Below, piece by piece: positions 1 through 13,274 of a DNA stretch of 64,000 nucleotides. The stretch is taken from positions 3,348,001 to 3,412,000 of the forward strand of contig OZ287752.1 in NCBI GenBank assembly GCA_965649765.1. Direction: 5' to 3'. The notes beneath the pieces were generated by a model that made no database searches, was not told the DNA's origin, and saw only the letters and a list, made by a program, of their open reading frames with translations. The DNA comes from Bispira polyomma. Taxonomy: Eukaryota. The number at the start of each line of letters is the position of its first letter. The stretch's first letter is position 1. Both the position numbers and the translations under genes were made by a program.

Positions 1-1355
1 TTATCTTGCTTTCTTCCATATATGCACATTTAATCAATTGACCAGTGATTGGTGGAGGGGGGGGGGGGACATGTTGGAAAAACTTTCCGGACTCCCTCCC
101 TCCAACAAATTTCACACTTCAGACCTGGACATAGTTAATTCACCTGTTAATTTTTTGTTATCTCCTTTTATAAATTTAGGTGAGCCTATAATTTTAAGTA
201 GGCGAGTTTCTAAAATTCATTGTTGAAATATTTAGACTTCTTACAACTTCTAAATCATGTGGATGTCATGTGAATGTTTACAATGTTAGATATAACGTGT
301 AGTAGTACAAGCTAACGTGTGCAGAAATTAAATTGCTAATGTTGTTTGTTGTATATATATAATATGAGGCCATTATGGTTTATCATCTGTGAGTGTACTT
401 TGTACATACGTGTACTGGTGATAGGGAACTTCTCAATGTGTGTTACCCGTGAGTTGTTTTTATCAAACTTTATGGTAACAATATATATCAAATAATGTTT
501 TATGTAACTGTTATTGGATATGTAACTCTCTGGGAGTAGAACTAAGTATAATGGAAATAGTATCCATACTCCCAGAGTTATTATTATCATGTTTATTGTT
601 TTAGTCTTTTTTAATTGTTGTATAATATTATCCTATATATATATATATACAATGATAACAAATTAGACGCATTGCATCCATCTATCTTAATAGCGACTTA
701 TTACTGATCTGGACCTATCCTGACTACTGTAAATTACCCTGGTCTTTTTGTGTCCTATAAATGTTTTGACTGTGCCTTCAATTTAACTCTGCATGTTGTC
801 AAAACGTCAGATTTCATTTGAAATGATTAAAATTTGGATACAGAAATAGATTGTCAAAATATTTATTCTTATTACTAAAATTCTGGAACTCATTCCAATA
901 TTAGTGCAGGTTGATAAATAATTATGGCAAAGAGGCATATTTCGAAAAACATTGATGGAACAGGGTATTTATGAATTCGTTATAGACATTTTCACACAAA
1001 CAGACTTTACATGTCAATGAACGTTTTAGATTCTACCATAGAATAAATAGAAATAGGGTCACCTTTTGAATGGGGTTTAAAAAAAAGTTGACCATGGCAA
1101 GGTGTATTGAAAACTTGCTCTTGCAATTTACCCACAAAAATGGATAGTAAGTAAAAATTCAAGGACAACAAAATGATTAGATAAAATAATGTTGTGACTA
1201 CAATGGTATTGATGGATGACAATATTGTTATAAATAAAGACTAAAATAGTGTACATGATATTTTCAAATGGATATTTTCAAGTGGATATTTTAAAAAGCA
1301 CCCATATTGAATTGGGGAAGCTTCAATGTTTCCCATATTTGGACAGATGTATTGA

Positions 1356-1665
1356 AACAGGAAAGTTAATGGCATATGGGGCCTTTGAATAGTGTGCAAG
1401 TACAATAGAACTGCGGTGCACTTTGACAAGGTAAACATTTCATTTGTTCAATAAGGAACTTTTCTAGTGATATTTAAAATTTCCAGTTATTTCTGTACTG
1501 AGGAGTAATAAACAGGAAAGTGAATGGCATATGTGGAGCTTTGGAATAGTTATAAAGTAAAATATAACTTTTAGATAAGGTAAACAATTTATTTGCTTTG
1601 CAAGTAACTGTACTTTTTGTGACATTTAAAATTTCCAGTTATTTCTAAACTGAGGAATAATAAAC
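1356..1665. repeat. Diverged tandem duplication, ~155-bp unit, 2 copies
   Basis: aacaggaaag..aatggcatat...aggtaaaca...tttaaaatttccagttatttct..actgagga.taataaac occurs at ~1356 and again at ~1511. Confidence 0.75.
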
Positions 1666-1954
1666 TATATTTCATACATTCAATGCATTTATAGAAGCTG
1701 GAAATATATTGGATGGTCATTCCACTTCACTCTACTGCCTTGCAAGGCATTATCGGCAGGGTTTGTTGTAAAAGTGCTTGTATTTTCAAAACGAAGCATT
1801 GGATAATTATAAAATTGGGTATAATAATGAATGAGAGTTAAAGACATATTATGGTATCATTTGTTTCAAGTTATTTATTCAAAAAAGATGACTTTTTACC
1901 TTTATATATTAATTTATCGCTCACTTTTCCTGTTGGTAAACGATAGACATTTAG

Positions 1955-2530
1955 GCTGTGCGACTGGTAGCGTTTCAGATACTTATCTGTGAACTCCGCG
2001 AACCTGCACAGTAACAGAGATACTTAACTATTTTGCTACCAGTTGCACAGGAAAAAATAAGTATCTGCAACCGAAGACAAACGGAAATTGACGAAGTAGA
2101 AACTTGACGTATACCACGTGCATGATGGGCGATATAGCAATATTGTACAATATAAAAATACCTTAAAGAATGCTAACATATTTGATCAATTAAGCGTCCA
2201 TGTAATTAATATATTTATTTAAGCAAATGTATATTGTATGGTGTTATTTTGACCCAAAAAATTTTGACGATTGAAGCTATATATTGCTAAAAGGTCACAG
2301 ACAGTTAAATATCCTTATATGGAAGTTATACTTCAGAGTTCTCTCTACTGAAACCTTTCAAAACCTTATTTTTGCTAGGCAGTCACGTGATTTATTTAGA
2401 AAGTTAACCAGCGAGATATGTGTATAACTTTGGTACTTATCTTTTTTTGAATATTGACCACACGAACAGTGAGAGATACTTATCCTTCTTTCAGATTAAA
2501 TAAGATAAGTATCTTTGCTACCAGTCGAGC
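1955..2530. mobile_element. MITE-like non-autonomous DNA element
   Basis: cgactggtagc..agatacttatct (1961) is the inverted counterpart of agataagtatctttgctaccagtcg (~2503-2527); further internal copies of the motif; no ORF; TSD not resolved. Confidence 0.5.
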
Positions 2531-5500
2531 GTGGCTATTAACGTCAACGGAAATGACAAGCCACGTGTATGTGAGCGAAAATGGAAGATTTTTTTGCAAA
2601 TTAGGTCGGCTATCATCGTAGGGAGCACCGGAAAGTACCGACGTCCATATAAGGTTATTTACTTGTCTTCAACCTTTGACTGATGAAGACACTCCAACAA
2701 AGCTGTTACAGTTGAAATAATTATGAAATCTATTAAAATATTATTTTGTAAGGCTTATATAAACATACATATGCTTTAATAAATATCTTACATGTACGTA
2801 TAATTCATTAAATTGGTTAGCATTCCTTAAAGAGTTGTCTTTAGGGTAATATATTGATATATCACCAATCAGGCCTGTTGGACACTTAAATTGATACCTA
2901 AGCACTTTGAGCTGCCAAGATGAAGCGCTTTAAAAGAACTGTTATAATAATAATAAAGGCAGTATGCTCAGTCTAGAAAAAGAACAAAATCAGAAGTTGG
3001 TTCAACCCCTAGTGCTTTCCTAGGTGTTATCGCCAGTGTAGTTGTTATCGCCATGTTCTGCCATCTTGAATTATTAAAAGTTATCGAGCACTGAAATTTG
3101 GGGTCTCGAGGTGCTGCGAACAGAGCAGAAATTTCAAGGCAACTTCCGTATGTGCTAGGAAGTTAAAACGTGTCATTAAACTTTCAGTAAAAGCTTCACA
3201 ACAAGTTGTTACATCATATTATGGATGATAAAAAGGTAAACTACTTACAAAAATGCATTAAACCAACATTCTCTGCAAATAATTATAACAGTTTCACCAC
3301 CATGTTACCAAATACCATTAAAAATATAGTCGAGGATAAAACTCGTTACTGCTAATATGTATTATTAAAGTAATCGAATACCATTAATAATGAGTATGCT
3401 ACTCATAATTAGGAAATACTAAAACACATATCAAATTTAATGGATTTAAATAGTTACATAAATAATTCTGAGCTACCCCAATTTAAATAGTATTTATGTT
3501 TTTCCCCTAGAAATAAAGAAGAAAAAGCAATATGACAAACATTTGCTACAAGAAGCAGTGGCTTCAGTCAGGCATGGTATGTCAATAAGAATGGCTAGCA
3601 TAAAGTACGGTGTTCCCAGGGGAACCATCGGTGATCATGTATATGTCAAGCCGTAACCTACCCTTACAAAGAAGTGACATCAGAAGCACAGTGCTTGTAA
3701 GTGTTACCCGTGTGTGCAATTGGGGGCAATAGTGACATACTGTCTTAGTTCATTCAATATTTTTCCTTGGCCTAACATGTTCCTGTAAAGCTATGTTCTA
3801 ATTAAAACTTTAATTTCTAGGAGATACCACTGTCTGGGGCAGATTGCACCGTCAGGTGTTGTTATAACCTGGAGCGTGGGCCGAGTGACAACTGGTTCAA
3901 GAAGTTTACGTTTATTCCCGAACTAAAATATGCAGTACCAAATTCTATTGATTACCATATGTCAAACCAGTCAACGGATTATATCGTGGTTGATTTTTTT
4001 AATAAATATGGTAAATATTTACAATGGCTTTTGCATTAATATCATTTTTGTGCTTTATGTAACAATTCCTTTTAAACCACGTTTGCTAAAGGACCTCAAA
4101 CTTTTAGAAAAGCCTGCACAGATTTTTAATTGCGACAAAACCGTCAATAGCAGGGAAAAGGCTTCCGGTGTATGAGGAGCCCAGATTTATCAGAAAAAGG
4201 TACTGCATATTTCTTGAACACTGCACAAACAACAATATTCCATGAAATGCTGAAACAGCATCACATGCACCATAACCATCACATCCCAAAAAATTTTACC
4301 AGATTTTATGTGCATGTCATATATACTGTTGAAAATAAATATATGGAATGTTTCTCAACAAAAACGGTCAATGAAAGAACAACACAAATTAAATTTGTAA
4401 ATTTGCTTCTTTATCTGTAATGGTTACATTTGCATAACTAAATGTAATACACAATAATGAAAAGTTTGTGTCACTCAAAATAGACATCAACAGTTGATCA
4501 CATCACCTCAATGACGTGTGTTAATGCTGCTGGGAAAGTGCTTCCCAATTTCTTCACCTACTGCAAAAGTTTCCCAACCATATCGGTGAATGACAACCTA
4601 CCAAAATCCTGGTGGAACGGAATTTCAGAAAATGGTGCATCTTTGTGTATCTTATTTGCACAACATGTATTTAACACATAATATGTAACACTACTTAAGG
4701 TTGCAGGTTGCTTTTGGTGGTACGATTCATATGAGATGAAATTGAATGCTTTAGAGTCAGCACTTTAGCATGGCAAGGAGGCAACTTCCAGGAATGTGTT
4801 GGTTGTTACAATCCACTGTCATATTTTGGTTTTGCATAATACAATTAACTTAAGATGAGTGACATGACACCTAATCTTTAGATCAATGTATTTTGTGCTC
4901 TCATAACCACACACATCTTCAAATAATTTTATGCACAAGAATATTGTAAAGTCCAACCGTTCATATGTTGTAAGTTGTAACATTGTTATATTGAACTGTT
5001 AGGATTCCCGCCCCACACAACCCATATTCTACAACCTCTTGATTTGGGCATCTTTGGCCATATCATGAAGGAATTTAATGCCATATGTGTGACGACAGGG
5101 CTTCGCTCTGCAAAGAGCATTATTACCAGGAGCTGCTTGCCTGTTATTTGGAAGCACAGTATAGAGAGGTGCGACTGTGCCCATCATTAAAAGTTCACTC
5201 AGAAGGACAGGAGTGTACCCATTCGACCCTACGGCCATTGATCACACCAAAGTTGAAAAAGCAAAGCATGATTACTAGACTTGTTTGTTTCATACACACA
5301 CATATGACTGAAAATCAATTTGTGTATTACTTATGTTAGGTAACATAACAGGTAATAATATGCATAAGTTGAAACATACCAGGGCACATAAAATTATTGA
5401 ACCATTAATTTTTAATGTAGGATTATCACCACCGAACCTTGTTTGGGGATAGGTTTTCTTTTAGGCTTCTTTGTCCTGCCTCTACGTCTTAAGATCAGGG

Positions 5501-6545
5501 GACTAATTCTGCAGAGGCAACAAAAACTACTGCCCCAGATTCATGTACTCTGTGTGGTAGACTCTATCATCCGATTGAAACTGTGAGGAAACTCCCACCT
5601 GAGCTAGAAGCAGCTTTTCCCATTCCAGACAATGGCCAGGAGGCGAAGACTGCCACAATAACAAAGTATCAAAGCTACTGCCAGATGTATGACCAATCAC
5701 GGGTGTGTCAGCAATGCTGGTTCCAATCCAGATGTTCCTTTGCTTGTAAGTTTCACAGATATTTGCCAAAGGCATGCGGTTTCCAATGCTTTAGCATGCA
5801 TTGGCTTTTGCTACTATGTGATGATCTACATGGCTACAAAATTGAAATATCAATAACATCTGAAGACCTTGCAGAACATTAAGTTGCTTCACCTATATCA
5901 TTACTAAAGTCGTTCTCTGTGCATGTCAGTTGTTAGGAAAGTTTTCTCTTTCACATAAATGTTGTTCATGTATTTAACCCTGTTAATGTGATTCCATTCG
6001 TAGTGTTGACAACATTTCACTAACAGCTGTGTTAAACCCTCAAAGAAGGTGACTTGGGTAGTGACCAGGAGGTGACTGATAATGGCTCCAGTGAGATTTC
6101 TTCTGTAAAGAATTCTTACACTCACTCCAAGTCTAATCATTGATGATGAGGACATGCCATTACAAATAGATGTATATTTTAGGACTTACGTCATGATTGA
6201 TATTCCACTATCAAGTTATTTACTCATGCCAACACCTACGTGCATATAAAAAAACTGTTACATTTCAGTCCTTTATTGACTCATAACTCTCTGTTTCTCC
6301 TTTTTACCCCACTCATAATGTGACGTTCCTTAAATTTCGAGCAGGTTTTCATGACTTCATTGCTGATTTCTTTTCTGTGGAAATCTACAGTCCAAGGTGC
6401 AGATGTTGGTAATGTCGAATCTGTGGATGACAGTATCTGTTATGTTTGCATGACTGAGTGCCCTCCAGTCAAAGGAAAGGGAAAGACTTTACACAGGAAA
6501 ATAAAAGTTGACTGGGTGGGATGTGATGCCTGCGGTTTTTGATCT

Positions 6546-8361
6546 GGGGGACCCCTATGTTTGTAAAGAAATGCCCACAGGAACTTTGCCCGCAAGGGAC
6601 TTTTTCCACAGGAACTTTGCCCACAACCATTTTTACAGGGTAGGACTTCTGCCCGCAATATAAATTTTGCCCACCACAAAGACATTTTCTTTTTTTATTG
6701 CATTTAATATTCACCTTAGATAACTGCTCAGGACATAATAGTTTCAAAAGAGATCAAACATTAATTGACCTTCACCAAAAGCTTCCCTGCTTCCTAATAT
6801 TCACTTTAGATAACTGTGTGTTAAGTAAAAGTGAACATAGCCACAGTAGTGATTAGAACAAAGTGCGAGCAGTTAAAGTCAAAACTAGTTTGAAGGATCA
6901 TGCCACAGCTACCAGAAGTAAACCATCCCAGATTGTTGTTGACAATGTAGATAATGTGCCAGTGGAAGTCAGGGTTGCACTTGCAAATATGGAATCTGTA
7001 AAACGAAGTATTCCATGAACAGAAGAGAGGTGCACTTCCTAAGGATCCATCATCCCTCCATGAGGTTGAGCTTGAAGAAAAGTGGACTTAATTTAGGGGG
7101 AAAAATTTCTGATTCATGTGGAAAATAAGCAAATAACAGGAGGATAGTTTTTGCTACCCCAGTTAGACTACGTCACCTTGCTACAAAACATTAGAAGAAT
7201 TTCTAAAGTCTGTTGGAGCCACAATCAGGCTAAACTAAAAACATGATGTTATAATGCTAATGACTGATTCTGAAGTCTGTACAAAGTGCTGTTGACTGTT
7301 TTGATCAGTCCCTAAAGTTTTAACCTGAGTTGACTAAGGTCATCTGCATTTTTCAAGGTCATATTCATATAGCAAGGTCATCTATTCCACAAGTTATATT
7401 CTTATATCTTTGTTGTGGGATGAGGAAACGTGATGCTGTTTGGGATAGTTTTTATTTACAGTTTTTTAATTTTTACAACTATACAGGAATTTTAAAATAT
7501 GCCACTACGGCTAAAAAGAGTTACATGTAACCGTGTATAATACATAACAAGAATTACTAGTCATTTATAACATATGTGAAGAGATACACTTTTCCTCTTA
7601 ACAATTGACAATATTAGTCATGAGATAAACCTCTCAATTTATAGTTTTGGTATAATAAAACCTTATACATTAAATATACATGATTATAATCTACTGGTTA
7701 TTGTAAAATTTTGAGTGCCCTGGAGCAGCAGCTCGAAACGCACGGCACCGATTCGCCCGCAGAGAGTTCTGTTGTCCAGAGCCTTTATTCAACCCTGGAA
7801 CACTATAGTGGAACTCAGAGGAAGGGATAGGCAAGAGAACTCTCCATGTGGTTTCTGAGTTCCGGCTACCCAGAGCTGATACATGTTCGAAATAAAACCA
7901 GTAGGTTATATAATCCATAAAATGACCATTCCTTTAGTATTAGGGAGGTGGGTGTGGAAATTTATCACTTGTTGCCTATTCAACTTTCAGGCTAAGAATG
8001 ACCTTTCCTCAGAAAAGGCGGCAAAATCTGTTATTTCTCTAGTCTCTTATTGGACAACACAAATACACAAATTTACTAGTAACAATTACTGTAAGACTCT
8101 GTCTTTTAGTGACTGATAGGTCATGCTTATTTCATATGCAGTGACTGTAAAATGTAGATATTATGTACTGTTTACATTTTATTTAATAAATTCAATAGAA
8201 TAATAACTTTTTTTAAGGTTATTTAATATTTTATTGTTATTGTGGGCAAAGTTCCTCCCCTGTAAAACTTGTTGTGGGCAAAGTTCCTTGTGGGCAAAGG
8301 TCCTGTGGGTAAAGTTCCTTGTGGGCAAAGGTCCTGTGGGCAAAGTTCCGTAAACTCCCCC
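6546..8361 (+). mobile_element. Internally deleted Mutator-like (MULE) DNA transposon
   Basis: ~110-bp TIRs built from repeated ggaactttgcccaca (6546-6660, inverted at ~8240-8361). Internal remnant EHSHSSD*NKVRAVKVKTSLKDHA..PSQIV..VPVEVRVALANMESVKRSI..FLIH..IVFATPVRLRHLA joins directly to C-terminal KTLEEFLKSVGATIRLN*, so the catalytic core is deleted. Confidence 0.75.
7684..7914. mobile_element. Short MITE-like insertion inside the MULE
   Basis: GC-richer ~220-bp island bounded by ttataatctactggtt / aaccagtaggttatataa; internal inverted agagttct/agaactct. Confidence 0.4.
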
Positions 8362-9161
8362 ACCGTTTGTAAAGATTTCCACAAAGATGTACATCATTAA
8401 AAAAATGTACACATTTATCCATACTGTGTTTCTTTTTGTTCGTTTATGTTGTAAATGAGGTATGCATTATATTATTTTGAAGTATGTTCCAAACATTTTA
8501 GTTAATGCTGGATTTTTGTAGTGAATTTAAAATAAAAGATAAAGTATGTTTGAAAGTGCTTTTATTTTGATAACCACGTGCAAATATATAATTTTAATCT
8601 TTAATATTCTGGGTATTAGTGAGAATTTATGCATAAAAAATTAGTTTAATTTTAACTGTATTTTGAGTTAAAGGATAGCTGCCACTGTATTTGAAATGTT
8701 TAGTATGATTTATAATATTATAATGATACCCTTATTTATTCAGATATTGCCTAGAAATTATTGTCTCATCTTCTGTTGCTACATGTTGGTGTGGTTGTAC
8801 TTAGTTTAAGGTCAGGCTATAGTGTGGGGTGCTAGGGTGCCCGTGAGTCGCCCACGGGACGAAGAATTGTGCGGTGAGTTGTAGGCACAAGCTTTCTGAG
8901 GCTCCCCACTGTTGAGTTCAGGTTAAGGGCTTCTTCTTTTTCTACAACCTCACTAGGCATGTTTCTGCTTCGGGTTGTCCTTTTTTCAGCACTGTTTGCT
9001 GTGGCTATGGCTCATAGGTATGAGTTGTTGCATCAGAGTGTTGCTCATACATCAGCAACCTCATTGGCTAAAGTTGCAAAAAAATTTTCATACACTTGTT
9101 CTTGTCGTAAATTTCCTACCACCATTAATGGAAGAGGTCTTGTCTTGTTACTTTTACTCGC

Positions 9162-9189
9162 TGGCGATGTGTCCCTTAACCCTGGTCCT
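9162..9189 (+). other. 2A-like ribosome-skipping motif (GDVSLNPG/P)
   Basis: Hydrophobic run followed by AGDVSLNPGP directly upstream of the APE domain; consensus is D(V/I)ExNPGP, here E is replaced by S. Confidence 0.7.
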
Positions 9190-9567
9190 GTCATGCTCAG
9201 GGTGTGAAATGCTAGATCCATGAGGAACAAGGGTCCACTCCTTGCAGATATTGTGACATCGCACGACCTCGACTTCCTTTGTGTTACTGAGACCCATGTC
9301 CGTCTATCTGATACGGATAGCTTCCTACGGTCTGTTACTCCTCCAGATTTTGTGTTTCCTCAAACGCCTCCTTCCTCACGTATTGGTGGTGGTGTTGGTT
9401 TCTTCATCAGATCCTCCTACAAACCAAATAATATAGATTCTCCTGTCTATCAATCCTTTGAAAATATGGTGGTGTCAATTGGGCTTCATGGCCGCTCACT
9501 GTTGCTTGCCTGCGTCTATCGCCCCCCAGGATCATGCACCTGTAATTTTTTAGAAGAATTGGAAGAA

Positions 9568-10270
9568 CATTGGCTCTCTGATTCTTACCGACGGGCAAAA
9601 TCTCTCAGGCGCCAATATGAAAGAACTTGGTGAAGTGCCAAGAATCCATTAAATAGAAGTCGACTACGTCGCCAGATTGCATTATAGGAGGTACCACCGT
9701 ATTAACATGTCTGACCTCCGTACTGATCTTGAGAGTACTTCCTTTATTAAGTCACCTGCTAATTCTGTAGCCAAACTTTATGAACAATACATACATGACT
9801 TGGGTGATGTACTAGATAAGCATGCACCACTTGTATCCAGAATGTCAAAGAAAGATTCTGTGCATTGGCTCTCTGATTCTTACCGATGGGCAAAATCTCT
9901 CAGGCGCCAATATGAAAGAACTTGGTGAAGTGCCAAGAATCCATTAAATAGAAGTCGACTACGTCGCCAGATTGCATTATAGGAGGTACCACCGTATTAA
10001 CATGTCTGACCTCCGTACTGATCTTGAGAGTACTTCCTTTATTAAGTCACCTGCCAATTCTGTAGCCAAACTTTATGAACAATACATACATGACTTGGGT
10101 GATGTACTAGATAAGCATGCACCACTTGTATCCAGAATGTCAAAGAAAGATTCTGTGCATTGGCTCTCTGATTCTTACCGACGGGCAAAATCTCTCAGGC
10201 GCCAATATGAAAGAACTTGGTGAAGTGCCAAGAATCCATTAAATAGAAGTCGACTACGTCGCCAGATTGC
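9568..10270 (+). repeat. Near-identical 295-bp tandem repeat (~2.4 copies) within the LINE
   Basis: ORFs 9677-9928 and 9972-10223 differ at one residue; offset 295 bp; partial third copy at 9568-9679. Confidence 0.95.
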
Positions 10271-11901
10271 TCGGTGCAATGTACTTGTTAACGAGAATAA
10301 GTCGGTGTATTACAGCAAACTTATCTCTGACAACAGTCATAACTTCAGGAAGCTGTGGCACGAACTGCGCAAGACCCTTAATATGGATACCAATGTGGCA
10401 CTCCCGTCCCATGATTCTGATACATCACTAGCTGATAAGTTTGCTTCCTTTTTTTCGGACAAAATTAAGAGAATTAGAGATACTTTTGTTGTTTCTGGAA
10501 CTAAAATTGATGTTCATCCTCTTTCTGATCCCCCAGAAATTACTGCCTTTACCAGAGTCTCTGAAGATGATGTTAGTAAGATAATAAGTAACTCGCCTAC
10601 AAAATCCTGCATGTTGGATCCATGGCCAACATCTCTAATTAAAGAATGTAGTGATATATTACTACCATCCATTACAAAACTTGTAAACTGCTCACTTACG
10701 GAGGGACATGTACCTGATGGTTTTAATACAGCTGTGGTTACTCCTCTTATTAAGAAGGCTTCTCTTCCGGTTGATGACCTGAAGAATTATCGCCCTGTAT
10801 CTGGTCTTAGTTTCATATCAAAACTGGTTGAATGCATAGTTGCTAGGTAACTGTTAGATCACATCTTTGTCCACGACTTAGACAACCCATACCAGTCTGC
10901 GTATCATATTAATATGCCTAGTTTTACAGATCCATTCTTTGTGTAGCCAAACTTTATACACTTATAGGAGGAACTTTGATGTTTTATTAGATAACAATTT
11001 AGTCTTCTCTAGTCACACCCAATCAATATAGAAGTCCTGCTTCATAGATCTTATAGACCTTAGGGAAATAAGAACTAAAAAGAGGGGGGGGGGGTCACTC
11101 CCAGCGGGACACATGCCACAATTAGGAGAGCTATATGTCTGCAAATGAATGAGTTGTTTAAATAGCATTTTAAAACCAGACAGGTGTATTATTTTTGAAA
11201 CATCAGGAATGCAGATTTTTGAGAACAGAAGAGGGATATAGAAATAGAGTTTTTCTCTGTTTACACACACACATACATACACACAAATATAATAAAAACA
11301 CACCAGCTGCAGACACATCAGAGTTATTTGGGAGAATAAAAACATTTGTCATTGGAAAACTATACCTGCATGTATATACATACTACATATTCTGGAACGG
11401 CTTGGTCAAAAGTGGCAAAAAGTGGGTATAAATAACTTAATATATTATACAGTCTGGAGAAAAATTGCTTTTCGGACTTTTAACTGGGTTTCTGTATTAT
11501 CAGATGCATGCTGCTTCAAACAAGAAATCTGTCAGCACCCCACCCCACTATTTATGTTTGGCACAGGTTTCAAGATGTGTGTGCTTCTCAGAATATATAT
11601 TGTAGTAAACTGCCTCATTTGTTTCATTTCTTAAAAGAAACACTTTATATTTATTATCACAATTTTCATCGAAATCACACATTAAATAGTTACAATAACA
11701 CATTATAAGTGACTTATTTCTCATCTGAACAGACTTTAAAACTTGTAAAAACACAGATACTGTTTTGCTTATTGTAATTTATTGTTGTGATAATTAGCAA
11801 ACATTTGGTGGTTTACATAACTGATCACAGATGTTAAGACAAAATACTTTCCCAGTACTACCAGTGGTAAGTATTTGATAATAATTTGTGGGAAGCTGAA
11901 T

Positions 11902-12075
11902 AACCCTGTGTTCACACTAGCAAGTTTTAAACAGATTGACCCGAGTTAAAGCAGAAAGCGGGTTAGTGTGAACGCTCCTTATCCAGATCAATCTGGGTAA
12001 ATTTCGACCATCCTTCAGAGGTGGTTTGAAGCAGATTGACCCGGATTGAGCCTACCCTCTAGCCAGTATGAATGC
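11902..12075. mobile_element. Palindromic MITE-like remnant
   Basis: gttcacacta / tagtgtgaac inverted pair, repeated cagattgacccg, central ttcgaccatc..ggtggtttgaa hairpin. Confidence 0.4.
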
Positions 12076-12451
12076 TCACAAGCTGAGTTGAGTGGGGTCA
12101 CAGTGGAAGGTATTGTAAAACTTGAGATTTAAGCTGGGTGGACTATATATTGCAATTCATCACTGTATTAAGTCGGTGAAAAGCTTGACTGAAATGAGCC
12201 TTAACTTTTTGATGGGAAGTATTGACCTTTTTTGTCAGTGACATACAAATAGTAATGAAATTAACTGTGTTAAATGACACTTGGGCCTTATTAAATTAGT
12301 GTTGGGGGACTAGTCTTAAAGAAATCCAATGTTTAAAAAAATTACAGTTTAAGTGTTATTAAATTTCATTTGCCTGAAACACATCAAAGCTATTCCAAAC
12401 TGATTCAAATGACAAAAAGATGACAAATTTGTCACAATTTTTTATTTATAA

Positions 12452-12617
12452 ATGGTGCCTAAAACAACAAGTTTTTTAAAGGACAATTTAAAAATTGTAG
12501 AAAGTTTGTCAAATTATTCATCCATAATTCATCATATATTTGTCTTTGTTGACAAATTTGTGTTACAAGCTTTTGACAAATTTTTGACAACAAATAATTT
12601 GTTGTTTTAGGAACCAT
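12452..12617. repeat. Inverted repeat with gacaaatttgtc motifs (MITE-like)
   Basis: atggtgcctaaaacaacaa / ttgttgttttaggaaccat. Confidence 0.5.
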
Positions 12618-13274
12618 GTGCGACAATTTTGTCATATATTAGTCAAAATAATTTCCTTGTTCATATTTGCTAACCTCATTTTGAGATTCATGAATATATA
12701 TTGAGAAAGGCCTGTCATCTCCTAGGTTAGCTTAGATCACTTAAAATACTTTCTGGGCTTGGAAAACTTGACATTTCACTAGACTTTTCTGCACAAATTG
12801 TTACCGATACACAGAATATTTAAAATGAAAATGGAAATAATTGCATCTGATTAACATTATGAAAGCACTAACAAGCACTGTTTGTCCTTTATTTTAAGCT
12901 CATTACAAACATCTTTGATAATTCAAATCTATTCAACATACTTATTCAATATGAAATAATGCATACCTCATGTCATGACGCCATAGTCATGTGACCTGCA
13001 TAAACTCAATATGGCCTTTCCCCATTTCAGAAAGTGGCAAAAACAAACAACAACACAGGTTTTTTTCCAGTGTGTTTAGTTATTTGTGATTCAAAATAGA
13101 CTGTAAAACACAAATATATCTTGGTAATGTTGATAATTTGAGTTTCATCAGCATATTTACTGAAGTATCAGATTTCACTCTCCTGTACGGACGACAGTCC
13201 ACCCATGTACGTCAAATACTGAAACTGTATTTATTTACAAATGTATCTGTTAAATTCTTAGCAGACATTCCAAA

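Larger units (their letters stand above)
3511..8430 (+). mobile_element. Decayed, intron-containing pogo/Tigger-type (DDE_1) transposase gene with N-terminal HTH and C-terminal PHD finger; interrupted by a Mutator-like element
   Basis: Manual translation, in order: YDKHLLQEAVASVRHGMSIRMASIKYGVPRGTIGDHV (psq-type HTH, ~3531-3640); DNWFKKF (~3886); LLEKPAQIFNCDKT (~4101); ITSMTCVNAAGKVLP (~4502); FPPHTTHILQPLDLGIFG (~5005); RTGVYPFDPTAID (~5204); CYVCMTEC..VDWVGCDACGF (6438-6539). Blocks are separated by AT-rich intron-like segments; stops and frameshifts present. Confidence 0.85.
8780..10902 (+). mobile_element. L2/CR1-group LINE, 5' portion (leader + 2A-like motif, APE endonuclease, linker, start of RT); inactive
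   Basis: In frame: LLLLLAGDVSLNPGP-VMLRV*NARSMRNK..DFLCVTETH..GGGVG..CVYRPPG (APE); later KSCMLDPWPT..AVVTPLIKKASL..LKNYRPVSGLSFISKLVE..PYQSAY (RT N-terminus); ends abruptly at ~10902. Confidence 0.92.

Noticed and set aside
2670-2735. Possible Penelope-type hammerhead ribozyme (ctgatga...gaaa)
   Set aside because: Core motifs present, but stem I and the cleavage triplet do not form convincingly; at best a degenerate relic
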